A program made the translations under genes and the position numbers. Positions 1 through 9,497 of a stretch of 64,000 nucleotides of DNA are shown here, piece after piece (the stretch's first letter is position 1; every line of letters begins with the position of its first letter). Location: NCBI GenBank assembly GCA_016933515.1, contig JAFGAV010000084.1, forward strand, positions 3,072 through 67,071. The letters are read 5' to 3'. The notes beneath the pieces are model-generated. The model saw only the letters and a program-made list of their open reading frames with translations, was not told the origin of the DNA and searched no databases. Origin of the DNA: Candidatus Aminicenantes bacterium. GTDB taxonomy: Bacteria; Acidobacteriota; Aminicenantia; Aminicenantales; JAFGAV01.

Positions 1-174
1 TGAGCTACAGCCGAATTTTCAGGGGGGTGAAATGAGCGGAAGTGCGGAGGAAACCGAGTGGTCTGAAGGGCAATTAGCAGCCTCGGCCATTTCCAAAGAA
101 TGATTCAATTCAGGATCAATGATCAAGTCCGCAGGCGTCATCAAGAAAGTGGAAAGTGGAGACACGGCCCCGTC

Positions 175-1428
175 TTACTTCTGGCCTTCGATGAGGTCGA
201 GGACGTCAGCCGAGTCGCGCCACCCGGCCCGGACCTTGACCTGGAGGTCGAGGTAGACGCGCGTGCCGAGGTAGCGCTCCATGTCCCGGCGGGCCTCGAT
301 GCCGATGTTCTTGATGACCCGGCCCTCGCGGCCGAGGACAATCTGCCGGTGATTGGGCCGCTCGACGAAGATCGAGGCCTGGACGTAGGTTACGGGCAGG
401 TCGCGCCTCCGCCGGCCGTCGATCAGCCGTCCCTCCTGGAAACCCGGCGGCCTGTCCGGCAGAGCGGTCCGGATGGGCGTTTTCGGCATCGCCGAATCCT
501 CCGCAGCCTCCGTTTCCGCATCCGGGGAGTACTCATCATGCTCCTCGCCCTTCACGGCGGCGTCTCCGGCATCCGCGAGGGTTGCGTTCTCGTCCTCGAC
601 TCGTGAGGAAGCGAAATTCAGATCGCTTTCCTTGCCCTTTTCATCTCCGGCGGAAGCTCCGGAAATTTCGCCTTCGGCCCGGCGCTCGACGCGGTCGACA
701 TAGACGGCGGTGACGAAGGGCAGCTCCATCCTGACCCGGCCGAGGAGCTTCTCCCGGATGAGCTCGGCAAGGTAGAACCGCTCGGACTGGTCGGAAAGGC
801 TTCCCTCGGGGAAGATCCTTTCCGCCCGCGGCAGGGACTCGAAGAGGAGGCGCTCCAGAACGTCGAGGTTCGTTCCCTTCAGGGCCGAGATGGGAATGAT
901 TTCCCGGAAGGGGTGGAGGTCCTTGTACTTGTCGATCATGGGCAGGACGCGGTCCTTGCGGACGGCGTCCACTTTGTTGATGAGCAGGAAGGAGGGCTTG
1001 GCCGTCCGGCCGAGAATTTCCAGGACGTAGGCGTCGCCCTGACCGAAGCTCGCCGTGGCGTCGATGAGCAGGCAGACGACGTCGGCCGTCTCGAACGATG
1101 AGTCCACGTAGCTCATCATCCGCCGGTTGAGCTTATGGAGGGGCTTGTGGATGCCGGGGTTGTCGATGAAGACGATCTGGCCGCGCTCCGTTGTCTTGAT
1201 GCCGAGGAGGCTGAGGCGGGTCGTCTGGGGCTTGTCCGAGACGATGGCGATCTTTTGCCCCAGCAGGCGGTTGAGGAGCGTGGACTTGCCGACGTTCGGC
1301 CGGCCGACGAGAGCCACGTGCCCCGCCCGGGTCTCGGGCGGTTTGGGGCGCGCCGCGGCCGGGGCGCGCTTGGGGCCGGCCTTTTTTCGGGCCGCGGGTT
1401 TCCGCTTGCGCGTCTTTTCGGCGGTCAT
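175..1428 (-). CDS. era: GTPase Era, with a basic N-terminal extension and a large acidic insert in the KH domain
   Basis: GTPase motifs are present: P-loop GRPNVGKSTLLN, DKPQTTR, DNPG and NKVD. The C-terminal KH region reads VERPNHRQIVLGREGRVIKNIGIEAR. The start overlaps the stop of the upstream corC-like gene (ATGA). Confidence 0.9.
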   Translation of the reverse strand: MTAEKTRKRKPAARKKAGPKRAPAAARPKPPETRAGHVALVGRPNVGKSTLLNRLLGQKIAIVSDKPQTTRLSLLGIKTTERGQIVFIDNPGIHKPLHKLNRRMMSYVDSSFETADVVCLLIDATASFGQGDAYVLEILGRTAKPSFLLINKVDAVRKDRVLPMIDKYKDLHPFREIIPISALKGTNLDVLERLLFESLPRAERIFPEGSLSDQSERFYLAELIREKLLGRVRMELPFVTAVYVDRVERRAEGEISGASAGDEKGKESDLNFASSRVEDENATLADAGDAAVKGEEHDEYSPDAETEAAEDSAMPKTPIRTALPDRPPGFQEGRLIDGRRRRDLPVTYVQASIFVERPNHRQIVLGREGRVIKNIGIEARRDMERYLGTRVYLDLQVKVRAGWRDSADVLDLIEGQK

Positions 1429-2669
1429 GACTTTCCTTCGTCCGGCGGCAGCGGCTTTCTCCGGAGGCGGATCTTGGTCACGCGCTTCTGGTCCACCTCG
1501 AGCGCCTCGATCTCAAGTCCCCGGACGGTCAGCCGCTCGCCGGGGCGGGGGAGGCGGGCCAGCTGGTGGGTGATGAACCCGCTCATGGTGATGTAGTCGT
1601 CCCCGGCGATGTCCAGGCCGCCGAAAAGGTCCTCGACCTCTTCGACCCGGACTTCCCCGGAGACGACGATGTCGTCGGGGCTGTTCTGATGGATGAGGGC
1701 TTCCTCCTGGTCGTACTCGTCCTGGATCTCGCCCACGAGCTCCTCGAGAAGATCCTCGAGGGTCACTAGGCCCGAGACGCCGCCGTACTCGTCCACGACG
1801 ATGGCCATGTTTTCCTTGCGCTTCTGGAGGTCTTTGAGCAGCTCGTCGATTTTCATCGCTTCGGGCACGAAGTGGACCGGCCGGATGAGGGGCTTGATCG
1901 GCTGGGATTTGTGCTCGTCCTCGGAAAAGGCCAGAAGGTCCTTGACGTGGATGATGCCCTCGATGTTGTCCAGCCTGTCCTTATAAACCGGGATGCGGGA
2001 ATATTTTTCTCCGATGGCCAACAAGCGGACGGCTTCGATCGTGGCTTCTTCGCCGATGCCGACGATCTCCCGGCGGGGGATCATGATCTCCCGCACGATG
2101 GTGTCGCCGAACTCGACGGCGCTGCGCAGAAGGCGGCCCTCGCCGGGCTCGATGATGCCCTCTTCGTGGGCTTCCTGGATGAAGGCTTCGATTTCCGGGT
2201 CCGTGGCTTCGCGGACCGTTTTCTTCTCGGCTCCAAGACGGCCGAGGAGGAAAAAGAAGGGAGAGGAGAGCAGATGAATCAGGGGAAAAAGGGGGAGGAG
2301 CAGAACGACGACCCGGCCGCGGCTCAAGGCGGTCACGAGGCGGGGGACTCCGTCGAGGACGACGACGTAGACGGCGGCTGCGACCAGAAAAAGCCTCAGG
2401 GGCCGGAGTCCGCCGCCGGGAAAAAGGAGCGAGAGAAGGACGAGGAAACCGATGAGCAGGATGTTCCTCCAGAATCCCGAGGCGACGAACACGGGCTCGT
2501 AGAGGCGCAGCAGGCGCGCCTGGGCTTTCTTGGCCGTTCCCCGGTCCTCGAGCAGGCGGCTGAACGAGATGACGGATGAATCCTCCAGGGCGATGCGCAG
2601 GAGCGCGAGAAGGAACGTCGCCGTGAACACCGCGGCCAGGGCGATCCACAACAGGTCGCGCCCGCTCAT
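1425..2669 (-). CDS. CorC/HlyC-family protein (DUF21 membrane domain, CBS pair, CorC_HlyC domain)
   Basis: Hydrophobic N-terminus, CBS-pair region (IMIPRREIVGI...) and a C-terminal transporter-associated domain. I chose the start at MSGRDLLW (ATGA overlap with the ybeY stop); the track ORF extends to 2981, but that part is Arg/Pro-rich and overlaps ybeY. Confidence 0.85.
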   Translation of the reverse strand: MSGRDLLWIALAAVFTATFLLALLRIALEDSSVISFSRLLEDRGTAKKAQARLLRLYEPVFVASGFWRNILLIGFLVLLSLLFPGGGLRPLRLFLVAAAVYVVVLDGVPRLVTALSRGRVVVLLLPLFPLIHLLSSPFFFLLGRLGAEKKTVREATDPEIEAFIQEAHEEGIIEPGEGRLLRSAVEFGDTIVREIMIPRREIVGIGEEATIEAVRLLAIGEKYSRIPVYKDRLDNIEGIIHVKDLLAFSEDEHKSQPIKPLIRPVHFVPEAMKIDELLKDLQKRKENMAIVVDEYGGVSGLVTLEDLLEELVGEIQDEYDQEEALIHQNSPDDIVVSGEVRVEEVEDLFGGLDIAGDDYITMSGFITHQLARLPRPGERLTVRGLEIEALEVDQKRVTKIRLRRKPLPPDEGKS

Positions 2670-3088
2670 CGGCCGGCAGCCCTCCGCGGCCGCTCCAGGG
2701 CCCGGCGCTCCGCGCGCTCCATCCTCGCCGAATGGTCGTATCCCAGAAGATGGAGAAAGCCGTGAACGGTCAGGATTTCGAGCTCGCGCTCCAGGCCGTG
2801 GCCGAGCGACCGGCAGTTTCTCCGGGCTTGTTCCGGAGCGATGACGATGTCGCCCAGATGGAGCCGGCCATCGGCCTGCCGCGAGGAGAGGGGAAAGCTC
2901 AGGACGTCGGTCGGCTCGTCTTTCCTGCGGAATCTCCGATTGAGGCTTCGGATGCGGTCCGTTCCGACGAACGACAGGCACACCTCGACCTCGCCCAGCC
3001 GGCGGGTTCGGATCAGCCTCTCCAGAAGCCTCTTAAGGTTCCCGATCCGAATCTTGTGACGGCTTTGCCGGTTGAGGATGAAGATCAT
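2666..3088 (-). CDS. ybeY: Endoribonuclease YbeY (rRNA maturation)
   Basis: Zinc motif HGFLHLLGYDH, about 140 aa, in the canonical phoH-ybeY-corC-era neighbourhood. Confidence 0.9.
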   Translation of the reverse strand: MIFILNRQSRHKIRIGNLKRLLERLIRTRRLGEVEVCLSFVGTDRIRSLNRRFRRKDEPTDVLSFPLSSRQADGRLHLGDIVIAPEQARRNCRSLGHGLERELEILTVHGFLHLLGYDHSARMERAERRALERPRRAAGR

Positions 3089-5420
3089 TGTCCTTTGTCT
3101 TGCGGGTTCTTTCGGCCGTCCCCTCGCGGGAGTCGGGTTCGAAGCCGGTTCTCGGATAGGTCACCCGGGGATGATGAATCGATTCGAGGGCCGAGAGGAA
3201 CGAGTGGCCGACGTCCTTGATGTCCTTGAGACTCAGACCGCTTTCGTCCAGCTCGCCTTCCCGGATGAAGTTGTCGAAAAGCTCCTGGATGACGCGCTTC
3301 AGATTGTCGGAGGAGGGGTGGCGGAGGCTGCGCGAGGCGGCTTCCACGGCGTCGGCCATCATGACCAGAGCGGCTTCTTTGCTCCGGGGAGTCGGGCCGG
3401 GATATCGGAAGTGCTCCTCGCCTACGGTCTGCATTTCGGGATCGTATCTTTCCTTGGCTTTCTGGAAGAAGTAGCGGACAAGGTTGGTGCCGTGGTGCTG
3501 CTCGATGATTTCCCGGACTTTGCTCGGCAGTCTGAGCCGCCGGGCCATGTCCACTCCGTCTTTGACGTGGTTGACGATGACCAACCGGCTCATGCTGGGC
3601 GTCAGGCCGCTGTGAGTGTCGAGGTTCCGGCCTCTGTTCTCGTAGAAGTATTCGGGCCGCTTCAGTTTTCCGATGTCATGATACAGCGCCCCGGCCCGGA
3701 CCAGGAGGGAATCGACCTTGAGGGCCTCGGCCGCTTTCTCGGCCAGGGTGGCCACGACCAGGGAATGGTGGTAGGTGCCGGGAGCCCGCAAGGCCATCTG
3801 CCTCAGGATGGGCGTCTCGGAGTTTGTGATTTCGCTCAGACGCGGCGCGGTGAGAAAGCCGAATGTCGTTTCAAGAATGGGCAACAGCACGAACGCCGCC
3901 GCCCCGGCGACGACCCCTCCGGCAACGGCCATGAAGGTCTCGCTGAGGAGCAAGCCCGCGTCTCCTCCCTGCCGCTTGACCAGGTGGAGAGCCAGAATGA
4001 GCAGCACATTGATGGGCGTCACCAGGAACAGCCCCGCCCGCAGAACGGTCGTCCGTTTCTGTTTCTGGAAATGCTTGACGCCGTAAATGGCCGCCAGGCC
4101 GCCGATCAGAAAGAAAATCGTCAAGTAGTAATCCGCCTGAAACAGATAGCCGGCGGCGAGGCTGTTGAGAATGACGAAGACAAGAGTGACGGGAATCGAA
4201 GTCAGAAAGGCGAACAGCAGGCTGCCGAACTGGAGGGGGATGGCGTAGGCATAGGCGTCCCGGTGAGTCAGCGCGAACCATGTGGCTCCGGGGCTGATGG
4301 TCTCCCCGAGAAGCTGAAAGAGCCTGTCGAGGAGCACGCCCATGACGAGAAGCACGCCCAGGAGGACGAGTATCTTTACGGATTCCGGAGGTTTCTCCAG
4401 AGACTGGATGTAAAACCACATGGCGGTGAAAAGAAGGGCGAGCAGAACGAAGGTCCCCAGGACGTTGAGGAGCCAGGAAGGCGTCGTCCGCAGGCTGCTG
4501 TTGATCATGCGGATCTGCCTCACGCCTTCGGCCGTGACTTCGTCGCCCTGGCGGACGATGACTTTTCCTTTTTTGATCTGGTAGAAAACGGGCTCCACGC
4601 CCGACCCGGCGTTCCGGCGGCGCGTCTCGGTCTCGACGGTTTCCTGGGTGATGTTGGGTTGGAGAAAGACCTCTCCCAGGCGCCTCAGGAGGGTTTTTCT
4701 CCGTGAGGGAAGGTTCAGCTGATCGATTTCGGCCGCGATCCTCTCCGTCGCTTCGGAGAGATCGAAAAACTCCGAGGCGCGGACCGTTTTCTCCGGCTCT
4801 CCGGGGCGGATGAGCACGAATCCCCTCTCCCGTTCGCGGTGGATGAGGAGGCCCTTAGAGACGAGGACCCCGCGATCCAGGATTTTGCCCAGGATGTTGA
4901 TCAGAGGATCTTCGAGGGCCGCCGGGAAGCCGCTCTGAAGAAGATAGGCCAAGTCGTCGAGGGGAACGTCGACGTCGAATTTCTCGGCGACGGCCTTCTG
5001 CAGGGCCTCGACTCCCGGCTCCTCCGTCTGCCGGTTCCAGCCGCGGCCGAGTTCGAAAACCTCGGTGATATTCTTCCTGACGTCGGGCAGGACGCTTGGG
5101 TCGAGGGCGTAAACGGGCAGGACGGCCTCCTCCGCTTCCCGACGCTTGGCCAGGGTCATTTCCATGTCGACGATCGTCAGGTCGTCAGGCGCGGCGATGT
5201 CCCGCGGGGCGATGTCCCCCACCTCGGGAGTGGGAAGGGCCTTGGAGGGGAGCTGGGAGAGAAGATAGGACATGACCAGGATGAACAGGCCCAGCCACAG
5301 GAACGGATTGAGCAGGAACGCCCCGATCCTTTTGAACACTCCCGGTTTGGCGGCGGTTTCCGTCCGGGCCGCCGGCCGGGAGGAGGCTTTGAACAGTTTG
5401 AATTTCTTTAAGGCGATCAT
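3033..5420 (-). CDS. 7TM receptor with intracellular HD phosphohydrolase domain (PgpH/YqfF family)
   Basis: Large extracytoplasmic N-terminal domain, a seven-TM block, and an HD domain (YHDIGKL ... EQHHGT). It sits between phoH and ybeY as in many bacteria. Confidence 0.85.
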   Translation of the reverse strand: MIALKKFKLFKASSRPAARTETAAKPGVFKRIGAFLLNPFLWLGLFILVMSYLLSQLPSKALPTPEVGDIAPRDIAAPDDLTIVDMEMTLAKRREAEEAVLPVYALDPSVLPDVRKNITEVFELGRGWNRQTEEPGVEALQKAVAEKFDVDVPLDDLAYLLQSGFPAALEDPLINILGKILDRGVLVSKGLLIHRERERGFVLIRPGEPEKTVRASEFFDLSEATERIAAEIDQLNLPSRRKTLLRRLGEVFLQPNITQETVETETRRRNAGSGVEPVFYQIKKGKVIVRQGDEVTAEGVRQIRMINSSLRTTPSWLLNVLGTFVLLALLFTAMWFYIQSLEKPPESVKILVLLGVLLVMGVLLDRLFQLLGETISPGATWFALTHRDAYAYAIPLQFGSLLFAFLTSIPVTLVFVILNSLAAGYLFQADYYLTIFFLIGGLAAIYGVKHFQKQKRTTVLRAGLFLVTPINVLLILALHLVKRQGGDAGLLLSETFMAVAGGVVAGAAAFVLLPILETTFGFLTAPRLSEITNSETPILRQMALRAPGTYHHSLVVATLAEKAAEALKVDSLLVRAGALYHDIGKLKRPEYFYENRGRNLDTHSGLTPSMSRLVIVNHVKDGVDMARRLRLPSKVREIIEQHHGTNLVRYFFQKAKERYDPEMQTVGEEHFRYPGPTPRSKEAALVMMADAVEAASRSLRHPSSDNLKRVIQELFDNFIREGELDESGLSLKDIKDVGHSFLSALESIHHPRVTYPRTGFEPDSREGTAERTRKTKDNDLHPQPAKPSQDSDREP

Positions 5421-5430
5421 GGGCGGCGTT

Positions 5431-6384
5431 TCAGTTTTTCCGGGCGCGGGTCTCGTCTTTTTGGTAGGCCTGGATGATTTTTTGCACCAGGGAGTGGCGC
5501 ACGACGTCCCGATCGTTGAATCGGATGATGGCGATCTCCTCCACTCCCCCCAGGATCTTGAGCGCGTGGAGGACGCCGGACTTGCGGGGTTCGGGCAGGT
5601 CGATCTGGGTGATGTCGGCCGTGACGACGACCTTGGCCCCGAAACCGGCGCGGGTCAGAAGCATTTTCATCTGCTCCCGCGTGGTGTTTTGCGCCTCATC
5701 GAGGATGATGAAGGCCGCGTTGAGCGTTCGGCCGCGCATGTAGGCCAGGGGGGCGATCTCGATGATGCCCCTTTCCACGAGACGGTTGGCCTGGTCGGAG
5801 TGGCTCAGGTCGAAGAGCGCGTCGTACAGGGGACGGAGATAGGGATTGATTTTCTGGTACATGTCTCCCGGCAGAAAGCCCAGTTTTTCCCCGGCTTCGA
5901 CCGCCGGCCGCGTGAGAATGATGCGTTCGACTTCTTTGTTCTGAAGAAAGGACAGGGCCAAGGCCATGGCCAGATAGGTTTTGCCCGTTCCGGCCGGGCC
6001 GATGCCGAAGACGAGGTCTTTGGCTTTGATGGCCTCGATGTACTGCTGTTGGTTGTAGCCCTTGGGAGTCACGGATTTCCGGCTGAAACTCAGGGATTCC
6101 GACGGAGCGTAGCTCTCGAGTTGCTGGGGACGCCCCTCCTCGAGGAGGTCGAGGGCGATTTGAAAGTCCTCCTCCTTGAGGTCCAGGCCCTTTTCCTCCA
6201 TGTCCCGGAGTTTGGAAAAATACAGCTTGGCGAATTCGATCTTGCGCGCCGGGCCGTCGATGAGGATGTGGTCGCCGCGGATGGCCAGGCTGACTCCCAG
6301 CCGGTTTTCGATTTTTCTGAGGTTTCGGTCGAGGACGCCGAAAAGTCCGGACCGGTGGGCAGAGGGATGGTTGATTTTTTCCAT
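5431..6384 (-). CDS. phoH: PhoH-like ATPase
   Basis: Walker A GPAGTGKTYLA and a conserved PhoH C-terminal region (ILDEAQN ... VVTADITQIDLP). Confidence 0.9.
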   Translation of the reverse strand: MEKINHPSAHRSGLFGVLDRNLRKIENRLGVSLAIRGDHILIDGPARKIEFAKLYFSKLRDMEEKGLDLKEEDFQIALDLLEEGRPQQLESYAPSESLSFSRKSVTPKGYNQQQYIEAIKAKDLVFGIGPAGTGKTYLAMALALSFLQNKEVERIILTRPAVEAGEKLGFLPGDMYQKINPYLRPLYDALFDLSHSDQANRLVERGIIEIAPLAYMRGRTLNAAFIILDEAQNTTREQMKMLLTRAGFGAKVVVTADITQIDLPEPRKSGVLHALKILGGVEEIAIIRFNDRDVVRHSLVQKIIQAYQKDETRARKN

Positions 6385-6425
6385 TATCAGGCGGGCAAAA
6401 AGGCTTCTTCGCTCATGAAGAAATC

Positions 6426-6455
6426 ATTATCCTTCTCCCCGCGAGGCTTTGTCAA
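6426..6455 (-). promoter_or_regulatory. Candidate sigma70 promoter for the phoH operon
   Basis: On the minus strand: TTGACA, 18 nt, GATAAT, about 40 nt upstream of the phoH ATG. Confidence 0.35.
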
Positions 6456-6463
6456 GGCAAGCC

Positions 6464-7900
6464 TCAAAAAGCCCCTTCCCGGCGGATGACAACCTTGACC
6501 GTCTGGAGGAGGATGACGATGTCGAGCCAGAGCGACCAGTTTCGGATGTAGTACTCGTCGAGAGCCAGGCGATCGCGGAAAGACAGGCGGTTTCTGCCCC
6601 GGACCTGCCATAGGCCGGTCAATCCGGGCCGAACCCGGCGGATGAACTCCCGCACCGGGCCGAGCCGGCTCTTTTCCCGTGGGAGGTAGGGCCTCGGGCC
6701 GACCAGGCTCATGTCTCCGAAGAGGACATTCAGAATCTGGGGCAGCTCGTCCAGGCTGGAGGAGCGGAGAAACCTCCCGACCCTGGTGACCCGAGGGTCT
6801 TCCCCTTTGAGTTTCTGATATTTGTTCCACTCCCGCCGCGCTTCCGGGCGGTTGCGGAAATGGGCCGCCAGCCGCTGCGGGGCGTCCCGGTGCATGGACC
6901 GGAACTTGATCATTCGGAATTCTTTTCCCCTGCGGCCGAGCCGCTTCTGGGTGAAGAAGGCCGGTCCGGGAGAGTCGATCTTGACGGCCGCGGCGATGAG
7001 GACAAGGAACGGCGAAGCCAGAAGCAGGAAGACGAAGCCCAGGGAGAGATCGAACGTGTTCTTGATGACCTTGTTCCACGGCTTGGACAGGTTGCGCGGC
7101 AGGGAAAGCGTGATGATGTCTCTCAGCTCCTCAACCCGGACGCCGGACGTGTAGTCGCTTCCGGTTTCGGGGACGATCTTGATGTTTTCGACGAGATGCT
7201 CGCAGGATTTGGCGATTCCGAGGACGCGATTCTGTTTTCCGCGGGACAACGAAACGACCACATCCCGGGCGTCGAGAGCGGTGATGAGGCGCCGGAGGTC
7301 TCCAATGACCCCTACGACCGGAATCCCGTCGGCGAGAGAGCGCCCGACCTGGTTTCGACGCTCGGAAAGAAAGCCGACGATGGTCAAACCGAGCGACTTG
7401 TCCCTGCGGATCTCCCGGGCGACCTTTTGCGCCGTTTGTCCCGTCCCCAGAATAAGGATGTTTTTGCGCCACAGGCCGCTTCGGGCCAGGAGTTTCTTGA
7501 TCAGGAGGCGTTCGAGAGGGAAAACGACAATACTCAGGACCCAGCCGACGACGATCACGGTCCGGGAGAAACGAGTGTGGGATCTGGCAAGAAAGATCAT
7601 GGTCATGATCACGAGGAAGGCGAGCGTCACGCCCTCGACGAGAAGCCTCGTTTCCTCCCAGAAGGAAAAGCGTCGGGAATAGAGCTTCAGGGAGGCGAAA
7701 ATCAGGACCAGAATAACGGCGCCCGCGGCAAAGCCCGAGCCGAGCTGCACGTCCAGGGGAACGGGAGGCTTCCGGAAGATCGGCAGGGAAGAGAACACGC
7801 TGTCTCGGAAGAAGAAGCCCGCCTGAAAGATCAGGAAAAGGGTCAAAACATCGGTGACGATGAGCGTCCCGAGACAGGCCAATTTTCGCCAGAGAGACAT
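6464..7900 (-). CDS. Polyprenyl glycosylphosphotransferase (WbaP/exopolysaccharide priming sugar transferase family)
   Basis: N-terminal TM segments, a central Rossmann-like segment, and a C-terminal bacterial sugar-transferase domain (GPRPYLP ... [14 protein letters not shown]). Confidence 0.85.
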   Translation of the reverse strand: MSLWRKLACLGTLIVTDVLTLFLIFQAGFFFRDSVFSSLPIFRKPPVPLDVQLGSGFAAGAVILVLIFASLKLYSRRFSFWEETRLLVEGVTLAFLVIMTMIFLARSHTRFSRTVIVVGWVLSIVVFPLERLLIKKLLARSGLWRKNILILGTGQTAQKVAREIRRDKSLGLTIVGFLSERRNQVGRSLADGIPVVGVIGDLRRLITALDARDVVVSLSRGKQNRVLGIAKSCEHLVENIKIVPETGSDYTSGVRVEELRDIITLSLPRNLSKPWNKVIKNTFDLSLGFVFLLLASPFLVLIAAAVKIDSPGPAFFTQKRLGRRGKEFRMIKFRSMHRDAPQRLAAHFRNRPEARREWNKYQKLKGEDPRVTRVGRFLRSSSLDELPQILNVLFGDMSLVGPRPYLPREKSRLGPVREFIRRVRPGLTGLWQVRGRNRLSFRDRLALDEYYIRNWSLWLDIVILLQTVKVVIRREGAF

Positions 7901-7949
7901 GATGCGCGGCCATTATACCGATTTTCTCCTATCGGCGGCCAGGGGCGGG

Positions 7950-7978
7950 TTGAAAAAAGAGGGAATCTGGTATATAAA
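7950..7978 (+). promoter_or_regulatory. Candidate sigma70 promoter for the RHH-sat-cysC transcription unit
   Basis: TTGAAA, 17 nt, TATAAA, located 66 nt upstream of the ATG at 8044. Confidence 0.4.
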
Positions 7979-8043
7979 AAGCTTTACTTCAAGCCGCGAT
8001 CCGCGTTCCTGAAGGGCGCTTTCGAGGTCGACAAGGAGAGAGC

Positions 8044-8259
8044 ATGGACAAAGAATTCACCCCTGTTTCCATACCGACATCGCTTTATAGGAAGATCGAA
8101 GAAAAGATCAAGGGCTCGGACATCACCTCCGTCGCCAGCTATGTCAGCAAGGTCTTGCGGGAGCATTTCTCCAAGCCGGAGGAATCCGCCGAGGTGTTCT
8201 CCCAGGAAGAGGAAGAGAAGGTCAAGGAAAAGCTCAAAGCGCTGGGCTATATCGATTGA
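8044..8259 (+). CDS. Small ribbon-helix-helix (CopG-like) protein, putative regulator
   Basis: 71 aa. The N-terminal segment VSIPTSLYRKIEEKI is compatible with an RHH beta-strand plus helix, followed by an acidic C-terminal tail. It lies directly upstream of sat. Confidence 0.45.
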   Translation: MDKEFTPVSIPTSLYRKIEEKIKGSDITSVASYVSKVLREHFSKPEESAEVFSQEEEEKVKEKLKALGYID

Positions 8260-8335
8260 TGTCGGGAGCCCCGTCCCTCCCCCTCCCGCGAGAGGCCGTC
8301 GTCCCTGAAGCCGTGAGCACAGCAAGGAGGAGATC

Positions 8336-9484
8336 ATGATCGCACCCCATGGCGGAAAGCTCGTGGAGCGCGTTCTGCCGGAGGACCAAAAAAAGGAGGC
8401 TCTCGATCGGGCGCGGTCTTTGCCCGCCATCCGGCTGGACGAGGACGCGGTTTCCGATGTCGAGAACTTCGCTACGGGCGTCTACAGCCCGTTGGAAGGA
8501 TTTCTGGGGCCCGAGGACTTCTTCGGCGTTCTGAGGTGCGGTCGCCTGGCCGGCGACGCGGCTTGGACGGTGCCCATCGTTTTGGACGTCGAGGAGGAAA
8601 CGGCCGCCGGTCTCAAGGAGGGCGGCGACGTCCTCCTGGCCTTGAAGACCGGTGAGCCGTTGGCTCTCCTCCGCTTGGAATCCAAGTTCCGTTTCGACCG
8701 GCGGGAGATGGCCCTTAAGGTTTACGGCACTGCGGACGAAAAGCACCCCGGAGTGGCCCGCACCCTCCGCCTGAATCCCGTCCTGCTCGGCGGCCGCGTG
8801 GATCTCATCCAGGCGCCCGCCCACCCGTATGCCCGCTGGCACCTCACGCCCAAAGACACCCGGGTCCTGTTCAAGCAGAAAGGCTGGAGGACGATCGTCG
8901 GATTCCAGACGCGGAACACGCCCCATGTCGGCCATGAGTACGTTCAGAAGACGGCCCTGACGTTCACCGACGGCCTGTTCATCAATCCCGTCATCGGCCG
9001 GAAAAAGAAGGGGGACTACAAGGACGATGTCATTTTGGCCGCCTACGACGAGCTCATAAGGAATTATTACCTCAAGGACAGGGCGGTCATGGCCATCCTG
9101 AAGATGGAAATGCGCTATGCCGGCCCGCGGGAGGCCATCCATCACGCCATCGTCCGAAAGAACTTCGGCTGCACGCACATCATCATCGGTCGGGATCACG
9201 CCGGCGTGGGCTCTTATTATCCCCCTTACGCCGCCCAGGACATTTTCGAGGAATTTCCCGATCTGGGGATCGCGCCCCTGTTTTTCCGTTCTTTTTCTTA
9301 TTGTCGGAAATGCCGTTCCGTGGTCAACGAGAAAACCTGCCCTCACTCCGAGGCCGATCACATCCCCTTCTCCGGGACGAAGATCCGCGATATGCTCCTC
9401 CGGGGAGAAATTCCGCCCGAGGAGATGATGCGGCCCGAGGTGGCCAAGATCATCATGGACTTCAAGGAGCCGTTCAACGAATGA
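8336..9484 (+). CDS. sat: Sulfate adenylyltransferase (ATP sulfurylase)
   Basis: Motifs FQTRNTPHVGHEYV (HxxH) and HIIIGRDHAG. An AAGGAGG ribosome-binding site precedes the ATG. Confidence 0.9.
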   Translation: MIAPHGGKLVERVLPEDQKKEALDRARSLPAIRLDEDAVSDVENFATGVYSPLEGFLGPEDFFGVLRCGRLAGDAAWTVPIVLDVEEETAAGLKEGGDVLLALKTGEPLALLRLESKFRFDRREMALKVYGTADEKHPGVARTLRLNPVLLGGRVDLIQAPAHPYARWHLTPKDTRVLFKQKGWRTIVGFQTRNTPHVGHEYVQKTALTFTDGLFINPVIGRKKKGDYKDDVILAAYDELIRNYYLKDRAVMAILKMEMRYAGPREAIHHAIVRKNFGCTHIIIGRDHAGVGSYYPPYAAQDIFEEFPDLGIAPLFFRSFSYCRKCRSVVNEKTCPHSEADHIPFSGTKIRDMLLRGEIPPEEMMRPEVAKIIMDFKEPFNE

Positions 9485-9497
9485 CCGCTATGCGCGC

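Noticed and set aside
1-14. Possible 5' end of a minus-strand tRNA running off the left edge (reverse complement TCGGCTGTAGCTCA resembles an acceptor stem plus D-arm)
   Set aside because: Only 14 nt lie inside the window, so no cloverleaf can be folded and the call cannot be supported.
1425-2981. Long N-terminal extensions of the corC-like gene (to 2981) and of secF (31590-32903)
   Set aside because: The extensions overlap the upstream genes (ybeY, secD) out of frame and are Arg/Pro-rich. Internal ATGs that abut or overlap the upstream stop codons give proteins starting at the conserved N-termini.
3072-4706. 544-aa ORF on the + strand. Similar long antisense ORFs occur at 5272-6489, 6860-8308, 9474-10733, 15121-16545, 21381-22736, 31380-32762, 32786-34129, 39639-41216, 42109-43122, 61925-63670 and elsewhere.
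   Set aside because: Each overlaps, on the opposite strand, a gene with strong family motifs. Their translations are dominated by R/G/P/D/E runs. They are treated as non-coding shadows of a GC-rich genome.
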